Assembly: GCA_021613535.1 (NCBI GenBank)
Contig: CP075496.1
Location: forward strand, 8,184,001-8,248,000
Reading direction: 5' to 3'
DNA length: 64,000 bases
Origin: Adineta vaga
Taxonomy: Eukaryota; Animalia; Rotifera
The translations under genes and the position numbers were made by a program. Within the stretch, counting starts at the first letter, position 1; each line of letters starts with the position of its first letter. Positions 15,160 through 28,860 of this stretch are shown here, one piece after another. Under the pieces are notes generated by a model, which was not told where the DNA came from, searched no databases, and saw only the letters and a list, made by a program, of their open reading frames with translations.

Positions 15160-15645
15160 TTATTGAATTAAACTTTTAAGTATATCGTGAAATGATTTCA
15201 ATGTATCTAATGCTTGATTTTCGGCATCTTTTACATTGAAAAAATTCGTTTTCAAATCAGTCATAAGTATATCTTTCACTTCGTTAAAAAATGTTGTACA
15301 TGTGTCTGTATTATTTGTCAATTTCTCTCGATTATCCATTAGATTTATATAAGCGAGAGTACCAGGAAAGATTCGAATTGTGTCATCTGTTTTATGTAAT
15401 GTTTCATTCATTTTGTTCAAACCAATTTCAGCACGATCGGGATGTTGAATTAAGTATGAACATATTTCCTTTGTAGTTGTACGAATTGGATCACTAAAAA
15501 ATGATGATTTCCAGAATGGCCATTTTATACTAACCGGCAAAAATGCAGAGTTCATACCAATAAATACGCATAACTAGAGATTAGAATTTAGATAAAATAT
15601 AATTGTCAATAAACTTACGAGAAGAAAGCGTCCAGTGAGATGCAT
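15160..15645 (-). CDS. Small secreted helical orphan protein (~145 aa, 2 Cys), one intron
   Basis: MHLTGRFLL|LCVFIGMNSA signal peptide split by a GTAAGT...TCTAG intron, continuing into ORF 15160-15555. Confidence 0.75.
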
Positions 15646-16132
15646 AATGAATACGAATGAATAGATTAGATTTTACTGTATGAATTTATATATTTTGATA
15701 AATTGTATAAATTAGCATTGATTTTTTTTCTTGCATAAAAGGTATGATCCTTAAACTTATATTTATTATGAGAGTGAAGTATGTTTTGACGTTTCATGCA
15801 AATGAAGTATTTAAAAGAGAGTGACGAAAAATCATTTTCATGCTTGAAAAAGCAAAATAAACTTTTTTGTTGTTTACTAATTTTTCTCGTGATAATTCGA
15901 AAATATGTTCATATCTTTTTCAATTTGATCAACACACACTTTTGCTATGCCCTCATTTCTTCTCTATTCTTATGTTTCTATATCAAAATTTCTATATTAA
16001 AACCATTTGTTGCTCTGATTTCTTTTGCTTTTCATCGAAATCAAGTCTGATATCTGAGTTACCCATATCACTGGATACATATGGTATTATTCATTTGAAT
16101 TGAAATCAATTCCTATTAGAAAAAAAGACCAA

Positions 16133-19100
16133 ATGAAAAGACTGAACGATATTCGATTCGTTATTTTGTTTCTTAGTTTTTATATTTATCAATATGATTG
16201 TTCAAGAAATGATATTTCATCAACATTTGTTTATGGAGAACGATCATTAGTAAGTCAATAGTTTTTATCAAGTAAATCAAATGACTATGTCCATATTTCT
16301 AGTTATTTGATTCCGAAGAAGAGCAAAGAAACATTGTACGTCGATCAGTGACCAGTACTAAGTGTATGTTTGAATCAATATAGATCGGATTTTTTTGAAT
16401 GAAAAGTTTTAATTCAGGTGGAAAAGATTTAGTATGTTTAAATGGTGGTAAATGTAAAGATCATCAATGTCAATGTTCGGAGAATTTTATGGGTCATGAT
16501 TGTAGTATAGGTATTATAGATTTGATTATGTTTCGAAAGAATTGATTGTTGGTTTTGTTTTGATAGCACGATGTGATCGCAATTGGTGTTCTCAAACAGG
16601 AGGAAAATGTAAAAATAAAAAACATTGTCAATGTTCACGTCGATATAGTGGTCCTGATTGCAGTGGTGGTATGTAAATCGAAAGAAATATATTTCGAAAA
16701 ATAGATGTTTTTATTGTATAAAATTTAGTCAAATGTAACAATGGAACTACAAATAGTTTAATCTGTTTCAATGGTGCTACCTGTAGTAGTAATATGGAAA
16801 CATGTCTTTGTCGTTCAGGTTATTATGATAATGGAACGGGTTGTTTAACAAGTTAGTAGTTGACATTTGTTAATGTCAAAAACAAAATCAATATTGAGTT
16901 TTAGAACAATGTTCAAATGGTGATTTATGTTTTACAAATAATGGCGTTTGTACAGCAAATGGGTGTAAATGTCGATTGAATACTACAACTGGAATTGATT
17001 GTTCTCAAAGTAATTCTTTTATCTATGTAAAACAAAAAAGATAGATATGTCTTTGTCAATTACCTAAGGTTTATGTGGAAAATCTGGTCTAGTCTGTTAT
17101 AATGGAGGTTTTTGTACTGACGATAAACATTGTCATTGTTTAAACGGATGGACTGGTGTCACTTGTAATAGTCGTAAGAAAAAGAAAATCTACATTTTAT
17201 TATAAAAATGCTTGAATGTATTGATTTATTTAAGGAAAATGTCCGGGATTTAAAGATCTTATTTGTCATTCATCTGCTTGTCCTGCAATTGGTAGTGCAA
17301 CAGTATGTCAATGTTCAGGACATGCCAAAGGAAAAGATTGTTCTGGAAGTAAATAAATTGTTTCTTTTTCAATAGAAAGCAATAATAATACTTCAAAATT
17401 TCATCTATATAGTAACCTGTGGTTATAAAGGATTAGCTTGTTATAATAGTGGTACTTGTAATATAACAACATTGACATGCTCTTGTCTAACTGGATTCGG
17501 TGGACCTGATTGTAGAGCAGGTATATGAATAATTTATGTAGAGAATCTATTGAATACATGTTTTATTATCTCTTACTACTTAGTTCAATGTGCGGGACAT
17601 CCAAACTTGTTCTGTTATAATGGTGGTTGTCCACCAGCAAGTCATGGTGCTGATGCACAATGCGTTTGTACAGATGTGTATACGGGTTCAGATTGTTCAC
17701 AGACAATATGTAGTCATAGTGCAGTTACATGTTATCATGGCGGTGAATGTATTGATGGGCGAACTTGTAGTTGTCCACAAGGTTATGGAGGAATCGATTG
17801 TCGTGGAAGTAAATAAATTCTATGATAAATAAGTATGCGATTTAATTTATTCTAGTTCCATGTGGATCGGGATTTTGCTATCATGATAGCAAATGTTTAA
17901 TCGATCAAAAAACAGGCGAAGCTCAATGTCATTGTTCGGGTGATTATACACTTCTTGATTGTTCAGCAGAAAAATGTTCGGAAAATGGTCCGATTTGTTA
18001 CAATGATGGAGCTTGTGAAAAAGACGAGCATGGTAATTATATTTGTCAATGTATAGGACAATGGGGAGGTACTGATTGTTCTGCAAGTAAGTTGTATCTT
18101 AAAAGAAATTACATATCAACGTATGAGATTGGTTCTTGTGTACATAGCTTCATGTCATCATGCTTTATGTTACAATGGAGGATATTGTGATGATAAGAAC
18201 GATGTCTGCATATGTATCAATGGTTGGCAAGGAGTTGATTGCCGAGCAAGTAAGACTTAATCATATTACTATCTATAGCACAACAGTTCTTTTTCAGGAT
18301 CATGCGAACCTAATGGACTTGTATGTCATAATGGTGGATTATGTCTAGTATCAGCTAATGCTAGTTTCATCTGTCAATGTGAACACCCATGGACAGGTGT
18401 AACTTGTGAAGAGCGTTAGTACAATTGAATAATAATCAGATAGTTTTATAATTTCTTTTACAAATATCATATAAAAATAGAAATATGTGGTGTTAAGGGC
18501 ATTGTTTGTCGAAATAATGGCGTTTGTTCAGTGACCAATATTGATTCACATTTATCATCAACATGTATATGTCCATATGGATTTGCTGGTGATGACTGTT
18601 CAGCTGTTACATGCGGTTCAGAAGGTAATGCTTGTTTTAATCATGGTCATTGCGATGAAACAACAGGAACTTGTGTATGTCCTCCACCACTAACCAGTGA
18701 TGATTGTCGAGGCAGTACGTAACTTCTGAGAATATGTTTCTTTTTCTTCATATTATTACATGTATTTTTATATTCTAGATATATGTGGTACTGGTACAGC
18801 TGATAGTATCGTTTGTCAAAACGATGGTGTTTGTGTCTTGAATAGTGAAGGTGAATGGACATGTAGTTGTACACGAGGATGGACAGGTCCATATTGTATG
18901 TTACATTTGTGTGGTGATGATCCATCATCTAGTTTAATGTGTACACATGAAGGAACGTGTGTACATTCAGCAACGACAGGTGTTTATTCATGTTCATGTC
19001 AATCTCAATGGGCCGGTATCGATTGTTCGGGTATGCGATGTTTAGAACCTGAAATTACATGTTATAATCAAGTTGATTATAATGCTGACATCTGTACACC

Positions 19101-19603
19101 AAAAGGATGTGATTGTCTTAATGATGGTTATGGAGCTGATTGTAGAGGTGTCAGATGTGGTCTCGAACCAGGTCGATGTTATCATGGAGCTGTATGTATT
19201 GATCCTCATCGAGGTATCTGCTCATCGTGTCCAAATGATGTTAGTGGCAAAGATTGTTCGATGAGTACTGTCTCGAATCTCACTTTCCTTATTTCTAATT
19301 TTGATATTTAGTGAAATGTCCTGGTATTAGCAGTGGTCACTGTTATAATGGTGGTATTTGTGTTAATGGAACGATCTGTTTATGTGGTCATCGAAGTGAA
19401 TGGTCTGGTATTGATTGTTCGGAAAGTAAGTTTGTAAAGAATTTTTTTTTATTTTGAAAATAAAATCGTATCGTATAGAGCAGTGTTCTGGAAATTATAG
19501 ATGTTTGAATGGTGGTTCATGTGGTAAAAATGCTGTGGCACATCAATGTATCTGTCCACCGTCGTTTGAAGGAGCCACTTGTGAAAAACATATAGAACAC
19601 TAG
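16133..19603 (+). CDS. Secreted tandem EGF-like repeat protein (~21 repeats, no TM)
   Basis: Signal MKRLNDIRFVILFLSFYIYQYDC and propeptide ending IVRR/S. About 21 units of C-x(n)-C(Y/F/L)NGGxC-x(n)-CxC-xxxxxG-xxC, mostly phase-1 exons. Ends ATCEKHIEH* (TAG 19601-19603). Confidence 0.92.
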
Positions 19604-20007
19604 CTATTCATTTTAACAATAGTAAATCAGTATTTGAAATGATTCGAAATAGAAAAAAAATATGCATCTGCTTTTGTTTCGAATTGTGAAAATTTGTTAA
19701 ATATTCTATAATAAAAAAATATACGCTGAAATGTTGTCTATCTCTATTCTATAGATTATTCACAGATTTATCAACGTATTGTAGATTTTGCTACCCTTTC
19801 TTTGAATCTAAATGATGATTTTTTAAAAATATTTTAATAATAGTCAGTTTTATTTAAAAGTATTTTTAATCTGTCCAAAAATAAACATATACTGATCAAA
19901 AATGAGTAGATATTATGTTTCTTTTATCACAAGTACAGATTAATAAAGAGACGGGAATAAAAGAAATTGAAAAAATATTCATATTAGTCTTTTCATGGCA
20001 AATTATC

Positions 20008-23000
20008 TTATTTAAAGAATAATGCAATTGCAGCAATCAAGAATAATAATAATGAACTATATCGTATACGATCAAAGCCTAAAATGTAATATCAATAGAA
20101 AAATCAATCGAATGTCGTCAAAGAATATTTTACCATTCACGCATCGTTGTATTGGTCGACCAAATGAATCTAATATTTGTTCTTCATGTTGTTTATCATT
20201 ACAACTACATCGTTGTCCTTTGCATATCATAACAGGACCACATTGTTCATCTTTTGTACATGCTGCACCTACCGCTCGAACTAAATCATCCAAAATAGTT
20301 TCACAAACGAAAACAAAAGAAATGAATTCAACCTACCACATTTCGTTTCATATTCATAATATGATGGTTGACATAAACATTTATTTTCATCTCGACTACA
20401 AAGTGAATTTTCATCAATTTCTCGACACATACTTTCACGATAAACACATTTATCATTATTCAATTCATATCGAACTTTAAATAAGGAAACATAATATCAA
20501 TAAAATGTAATGAAAGAAAACTTTCAACATACCACATTGTGATTGTTCTGGTCGATAAGCAGTTTTACATTTAACACGTGTACATACTTCATCACATTGA
20601 AGTGAATCATTGAGTTTAACATCAGGACTAAGCATGCCAAGAAGTGTTCGATTACAATATTGATGAAGTTCAAGTTTATACGAATTTGCAACTTAAAAAA
20701 TACAAAAACAATTTATCTACTATTCAAGCATACCATTACTCACCACAAATAGAACCAGTTTGATGATATCCTTCTTTACATACACATTTATATCCACGAC
20801 ATTCAAAATTTAGTGCTGTACGACACTCAGGAAAACATTGGTATTTAACTAATTGAAAATACATTACTTTTCATCAGAAAAAAAACACAAAAAATGTTTA
20901 TTTACCACATGTTTGTGTTTCTGGATCTAATAAATATCCTTCTTGACAATGGCATACTTTGTAGGCAGAAATATGAGGTAAATAACCACATATAACATTC
21001 TGTTTGTTGCCACAGTCTCCATCAGTATTACATGAATATAAATCATATTCATGAGCACCAGGAAAGATATTCATAGATAATGATTCTATTCAAATATTAT
21101 CAGAATAAAAATTTCCATCTCATTTTATCACATGAACTTACCACATTCATTATTAGAATTCACGAAACTTAATTTACGATCACAGTAGCATTTCTCGTTT
21201 TGACAAAATGCGAATTCACCATATTTACTAATACAATTTTCATTCGTAAAAGTTTGACAAGTTGTTGAATTTGCCGTTGAAATATCAACAGCACCAATTA
21301 GAGGAATATTGGCTAAGTCTAGAAGGATAGATTGCATAAATTAATTGTTTTTCTTTATTAAAGGAAAATTGTCTTACTGCATGTGCGACTATCACTGGAT
21401 TTATAGTAGTTTTTTTCACAAACGCATGCCCAGGTTGTAGAGTTCTGTTTAAAAATGTTAACAATAAATATGCTTTTCAAAACAAAAGAAAATTCAATAT
21501 TCATACTGATTCGAAAATTTCCGTATTGGCTGGACAAGTTCGAACACCTTTAATATCAGCAGTCATTTCATCAATTAGAAAATCTTTAAAAAAAAATATT
21601 ATATCGATAGATTACGATAAATCTGCATTCTTCTTACGGCAGTAGGTATTTTCAAATACTGCATATGCAGCAGATTTGCAAATGCAATATCTTCCCTTTG
21701 TGGATAACATAGCACCAGTACCAAACCATAATCGACAACCAGCGTCATTTAGACCATCTATACTTGGTGCAGTAGAATCATCATCGGAATAAACTCGTGT
21801 TGTAATTGGTGCTTAAATAACATTAAACAATCATTTAATAATAGTTCCAATATTCAGAAAGGTCGCATTAACTGCGACTGTTGACTAATAGCTTACCACA
21901 TTTGTTGCCATCTTTAATAAAACCAGTATCGCATACACATGATTGACCTGTTCCAGTGCTACTATGTGGTGGACAATATTCCGAATCACTTGGATTTGTC
22001 AATACAAACTCGAGAGAATACCCTAGTTAGAATATTGCAATAAGAAAACAAAGATACAGCAGGATTCTAAGAATATACTTACAGCATCCTGTGGTATTAT
22101 CATTTACAAATGCTCCATTTTGACATTGACATAATTCATGGTTATATGGTTCTACTGGTCCTGTAAACCAAGTTTTACAATCTGATTCAGTTAAAATATT
22201 AGCTGCTGTTATTGTTAATCCTTGATACTCAACTAATTGTGCTTTTTCTAAAAATAAAAAAAAATTGGTTTTTAATTCATCTTTTGTTTCTTCTGATATT
22301 AGAATTCGTTCATACCGCAATCATTACTATTAGTTGTAGCATGATAACCAACATTACATTTGCAATGATCACCATTGAGATATGAATTTTCGGGACAGTC
22401 TTCCATCGGTGAAACAAGTCGTTGATTGACTGGCGCATCTATTTATGTATCAAAAAGTCATATACAACATACGTTTTTCTTAACCATATAGATTACTTAC
22501 AACAATAGGTGTTAGCATTATTTGGAAAACTTTGATTTCCAGAACAGCGACAATCACCATCGGTAAATAAGAAGACTCTTTTACCAAATGATTTCGTGCA
22601 TACTTCATCGTACAATCGATTTGAATTCGGTGAAAAGATTTCAGAAGATAGTTTCAATTCTAAAATATTCTCAATCAGTTATGAGAATTTATACTATACC
22701 AAATATTACATACCACATTGACGATTATCATTGACTACTTTATATCCATTAGGACATTCACAAATACCAGTAATGTTATTTCGTAGTGCATATTTTGGAC
22801 ATTGATCATCATTTGAATTAGTTTTTTTACCAATAAAATACACTAAAGGAAGAGTGATTAATAATATATTCGATTAGAAATAATGAAAATCGTTTCTTAC
22901 CACACTGCGTTGAATTATCCATATCGACAAATTTATCTTTACCACATGAACAAACGTATTTATCTTCTCGTGCCCGACATGTTAATGGTTGTGGACATAG

Positions 23001-24419
23001 ACCATTTTCAGCAAATGCTTGATCGTTTGAAGTAATTCGAGTACAACTACCATATTCAAGTACATCATCTGCCCATGTACGTTGAATTTTCTCTATTGAC
23101 ACATTTTAAATCAAATCAGATGAATAATTCTTGAACAAAAACAAACAAGAATATTTACCACATGATCGATCTTTAGTATCGAATTTGTATTCTGCTGCAC
23201 ATGCACATAATTTATTATCTACTTGGTATTGACCATTTGATTGATTGGCACAGTTACTTGTAAAATCATTAGTATTTAGATCATAGGTATTAGGAAAAAT
23301 CATCAAAGAGTTTGTCGATCGTTCTTAAATAATATAAAGATGTAAATATAATATTTATAACTGCTGACATACCACATTTATTATTGTTCTTAACATAACC
23401 TGCTCGACACCAACATGTTGTTTGTGTTATGTTTATACATACTGCATTGTTATCTTCGCAAACGCCACATTCAGGATAAGAAGTTTGTAAAGAATTCAAT
23501 GGAGATAATAAGGAAGTTTTAATTGGTTCTTTAAAGGAAAGAGAATAATCCTTAGAGAAAAAAATAGTAACAATATTTTTTACCACATCGTTCATTTTCA
23601 TCTTTAACTTGATAACCATATGGACATTTACAAAATTTAGCTGTTGGATGCTGTCCATCATCAACACATTCGGCTATAATATCAGTACATGAAGTTCTAT
23701 CAGAACAAAATGCATTATTCTTATTTGCATCTGCCCAATTACTATAAATTTTAACCAATTTTCGTCCTAGAAAATGATCATTCATTGTGTTTATTGAATA
23801 TAAATATGATCATCAAATACGTACGGCAACCAGTGTGGTCATCGCTAGGTTCATAACCATTTGCACATGTACATCGTTGATTAGAACAATATTGTGACCA
23901 ACATTCTACATGATTTGCGCAAGTATTATTTAAATTTTTGACTAGAATTAAAAAAAAAACCATTTCCGATCAGTTTTAAAATGATTTGAATTTTCGACAT
24001 ACAACACGTCCATTTTTGGCGTAAAACCATTCGAACAGTGACATTTCTTGTCTCCAGAACAGACAGCATTATCTACACAATGCTCTCGTTCTTCACATGT
24101 TTCTCCTTCATATGCCGAATGATGATTAAGTGCTACAAAAGATAAAAATCAAATATATATTTTAATTGAAATCAAGTTTATTCTTCGACTACTCACCACA
24201 TGATGAATTACATGGTCGATATAATGGTAATTTACATTGACATTTTCCTTCTGAACAAACCAAACTAACTCCTTCGCATGGTACATCATTTGAACAAGAT
24301 CCATCCAAGACAGCTAAATATAAATTTAATGATATATTGAAATTATCGAGTACAAATTTACCAGCATCTGTCAGTAAGATTGAGAATACTATGATATAAC
24401 TGTAGAAAAACAACATCAT
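20008..24419 (-). CDS. Cys-rich EB-module/EGF-like repeat surface protein with predicted GPI signal, multi-exon
   Basis: Signal MMLFFYSYIIVFSILLTDA. Repeats such as LDGSCSNDVPCEGVSLVCSEGKCQC and VGAACTKDEQCGPVMICKGQRCSC. Hydrophobic end YSSLLLFLIAAIALFFK*. Confidence 0.85.
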
Positions 24420-24959
24420 TGTGTATTTTAGTTATTTCGTAATGAAATCTGAAAAAAAGAGAGTCGAGTTGTTTTAATGTATGAAAATCTCGATATGAAT
24501 GACAAGAAAAAGTGAAGAAAATTCGTTATTTCTACCTGCATATATTCAGTTACGATTAGTCAACTCACCGAATATCAAATCTCTTTTATTTGATTGATTC
24601 TTCAACGCCTACCTTTTTTAGACGAAACCAAACTACGAACGAAATCGAACAGGATTATATTTTGTCAAATAAATCGTATTATATATCGACTTACTCATCA
24701 ACTTTTGCTGTGAAATATGAGAGATCTTTATATAGACATAAAGCATACACAGATATTTTACTTGAAGATAGAAATACTCAACAAGTAATCTTATCTTTGC
24801 GTTACTTTTCAATAGAAAAGAAAATTGAAATGATTAACTCAAATATCGTACTTTTTTCTCAGATATTTTGATTATCAAAGTCCATGAGATCATATGATTA
24901 TTTCTCATACAATCTTATGCAATCTCATTAAAATTCACCCGCCTTTCAAAATATCAATA

Positions 24960-26357
24960 ATGCATGTCTATTCTCCAATTATACACATCATAGTAGTTCT
25001 TCATTCTTTTCAATTCAGTAAACTATGTGAATGGTGATTGGAAGTGTTTATTTTTTGAAAAAATAAAAAAATGAATAGTAATTAAAATCAAATTAGGTCA
25101 CCTATACAATGTGGTTGTTGGTTTAATAGTTCGACATCAGGATTATTAACAGATAGAATTATTGGTGGATTTGAAAGTATTCCTCATTCATGGCCGTGGA
25201 TAGTTAGTATACGAAAGCGAACAACAGATAAACCACTCGGCATACCCATCTGTGGTAATTCTTTTCGAAAGATAATCAAAAGATCATATTAAATTTCATC
25301 AATAGGAGGAACATTAATCAGTGAACGACATATTTTAACTGCAGCTCATTGTTAGAATTAGAATATTTCTAAACATCATTATAGACTTTCGTATTCTATT
25401 CAGGCTTTTATGATACTCTTGTCAATGAAAAGAAATCAATTGACAACTATTTGTTTATTATTGGAGCACACTATTCAACTGATACACATGTTTATTCAGG
25501 TATTTTCGCCCACAATGTGACAATACTAATAAAGCTTGTCTTTTCTTCTTTTAAATACAGATTCAGTTGTTCGTTTAACTGCATCACTTATTATTATCCA
25601 TGAGAAATATAATTCCTTTCGTCAAACGGATGATATTGCTTTGGCGGAACTTGAAGAAAAAGTTGATTTTGAAAATAATCATTTAGGTGCTATTTGTTTA
25701 CCAAAACAATCAGAACTAAATCCTTCAGATGGAACATTGACTGTGTAGGCAATTTTTATTGATAGAAATAAATAGAAAAAGATTTGTATTTGTATTTTCT
25801 AACACAAACAAAGTGCTGTTGGTTGGGGTCGTCTTTTTGAAACTTCACAACATAGTAGTGATACTCTTCAGCAAGTTATTTTGGTTATTGAAGAAGGACA
25901 ACAATGTGATCGAATTAAATCAGGCAGTCAAATGAATAGTCAACTATGTGCTGGTTCTTTACATACAGAAATTAGTCGAGACACATGCCATGGAGACAGG
26001 TAGATACTCAACTATTACGAAATCTATTTCGTGTTATTGTCTCTTTATCTTGCTATTCTAATAAAATCTTATACAAATTTTAGTGGTGGACCATTGATGA
26101 CTCGAACAGTTGATGATCTTTGGGAAATCGTTGGTATTACAAGTTATGGTAAAGGATGTGGACGTTTGAATGAATTTGGTGTTTATACTCGTGTTAGTAT
26201 ATATTCTAATTGGTTGAATATAACAATGAAAAAACTGTATAGATATACATCCAGATCAATGAATACACCTAGAAACGTCTTTTTAAATTCGGCTACTACC
26301 TATTCTACTCTGAATTATTTTTCATTTTTATTGTTTATTTTATCATTATGGAAATAA
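24960..26357 (+). CDS. Trypsin-like serine protease (S1A), likely GPI-anchored
   Basis: Activation site DR/IIGG, HSWPWIVSI, TAAHC, TDDIAL and RDTCHGDSGGP (intact triad, Asp in S1 pocket), IVGITSYGKGCG, GVYTRVS. Hydrophobic C-terminus. Confidence 0.95.
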
Positions 26358-26484
26358 ATGAAATCGTTTTCTTCGATGATTTGTAGCTATCCCGTTATTT
26401 TCTTTTATTGATTGAAGCAAGAGAAAAAAAAAGAAACAAAAATATCATTAAAATGTACTGTAATATTGATTTTATTAGTGATGC

Positions 26485-28081
26485 TTATTTCTTAGCATAA
26501 GTAGAATCTGGACTAAGACCAGAGCTTCCAATAGCTGCACCTGCTAATGGAAATGTACCAGCAGCTGCTGGGTATGCACCAACGGCTGGATATGCAGCGG
26601 CACCTGATTGATATTGATATCCCGATTGATATTGACCAACCTAAATAGACAAAATATTTGACAATTTAATAGTTAGACGAATAAAATTCTACTTGAACAG
26701 CTGGGGCTCCAAAAGATGGATATGTAAGAGCACTATGAACGGCGGAATGAGTTTCATGGTAAGTTGATGAAACATATCCACCATAATTTAAAGCTTGATG
26801 ATACATATGGAAGTCATCATGTAAATGAATGCCAAGTCGTGTAAGTAAGTCAAATGAAAAGTATTGAGCATGATATAAATAAGTACCAAGTGTTGTTAAA
26901 TGACCGCTGTATGATCCATAACCAGCAGCAATAAAGGAACTTAATGATATTGTCGAAGGACATGGCCAGAGATTTAACGAACGAAATTGTTCAATGGTAT
27001 AGTAGGATCTAACGTAGCTATAGTAACCGACATTACTAATAAGCATATTGCTATGAAAAAAGCCTGCACGAATCATATCACTAACAATAGTTGATTGTTG
27101 AGTTTCTTGATACATAAATTCAGTTGTTTGCGTTTGAGAAACAGCACTTGTAGCAAATGGATAACAACCAAAATTTCTAAACGTATCTCGTGATACATGA
27201 CCATGTTGCATGGCAAGCAAACCGATGGGAGTAACAACTTTCGAAGTACCATAGACGTATTTTGCAGAAATTAAATGATCAAGACTTAATTGAAAATCTC
27301 CATTTAATTGACAAGCTGTAGAAGGAAAATTTGATGGTAAATAATGAATATATGCAGCAGTGAGACCAAGTGCCGTTGGAAGACAGTTTGAATGTAAATA
27401 TCCCGCTTGTTGAAGAAAACTAGATGTGATCATCTCATTTGGAAATGGATATAGACTAAGTGATCGAAGTTGTGATGGAAGAACATGACCAAAAAGACTT
27501 GCCATAACACCTAAACCAGTTAACACACTTGATTGACCAAAACGAGTGATATATGCAGCATTTAATAAACCATCAGAATCAATTGATTGAATAGGAAATA
27601 AGTTAAGTGCTGAAAGTTGTGGTATTGTTAAATGACCACAGTCGAGAGCTGAAAATGCATCTTGTGTAAAATAATTCGAATTTGGTACACACATGCCACC
27701 ACTTTGAAGTGCTGGCATAGAAACCAAACCACTAAGGAAGAATTTTCGTTGTTGAACATAATTGACGGTGTTTTGAAGTTGAATACCGACTTGAGTGTTT
27801 CGAGCAGCATATTGATCACAGCCAGTAATTTCACCATAATTGCAAGGTCCTTGCAACAATGGTGATGCTAGATATGGTGAAACGTCACGTTTCGAACGAC
27901 GTTTGACCGTTTGTTTTTGACCATTATTTAATGCCGATTCAATTTTCCATGCATCTATTCATGTTGACAATGAAGAACGAAGATTCCTTCGAAAATATTC
28001 TTTAAAATTCTACTTACCAAGATGTTGGATGGTTAAATCCAATAAAACAAGAATTAGAATGGTTGATACGATACGATTCAT
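26485..28081 (-). CDS. Secreted, furin-site-containing protein with ~6 tandem ~45-50-aa repeats and Y/Q/G/A/P low-complexity tail
   Basis: Signal MNRIVSTILILVLLDLTIQHL|DA, then KRRSKR/D, then repeats of the form (I/L)SxxxLxxAGY-x5-7-LTxLG-xx-A-xxx-GH-xxxx-QLRSLxLYP. Last exon VGQYQSGYQYQSGAAAYPAVGAYP...YAKK*. Confidence 0.85.
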
Positions 28082-28817
28082 GTCGGTAGTGCAGGATATG
28101 AAAAATTCGAAGATTTACTTCAGTTTATATACTTGACGTTAATTAAGAACTGTTTTGTATTTTTAATGTAGAAAATATTTTCAAATATCAACCATATGCC
28201 CAAGTTGCTTATTTTTTTCGGATACAAACAAAGATTTCTCTCTATTTAATTAGGAATATTCAATAACAATACCATGTTTTTCATCATTCGAAATAGAGAA
28301 CACGAAATATGATACAAATTATCTAACATCGTATAATTTCATTTACTTGTTTCAATCAAAACATCTGGTACTTGAATAAAACACATATTTTCTCAAATTC
28401 AGATCCCACGTCTGAAAATAACGAATCTAATATCAATCAATATTGTTGGACACATGTTTTCTTTATTAGATTCTATTTTTTTGTAACAAAATACATGTTT
28501 GTTGATATTTTTATTTATAACGACATTTTTATGCAAACATTATGATTGTTTGATTGAGGGTGAATACTATCAATAAAAGATAGTTATGATCGAACTAATT
28601 TAATATTAAGAAAAACTAAGTTTTTGAAAATTCAACGAATCAAAACTTTAGTAAATATGTGTTGATCTAAGAAGTCGAAATGAACGAATCCTATTATTGA
28701 TTTAAAATAAATCTTTTCAAAAATAATATCGAACGACTTAAGTATTTTATGATTGAAATGACGACGAATATACTTAGGTTGGTTGACGAGTAAGCTTAGG
28801 ATCATATTTCATTCAAA

Positions 28818-28824
28818 TATAAAA
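28818..28824 (+). promoter_or_regulatory. Putative TATA box of the DUF4855 gene
   Basis: TATAAAA 37-43 nt upstream of ATG 28861. Confidence 0.4.
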
Positions 28825-28860
28825 TCAAACTCATAGAAAAACAATAATCAGTTTGATACG

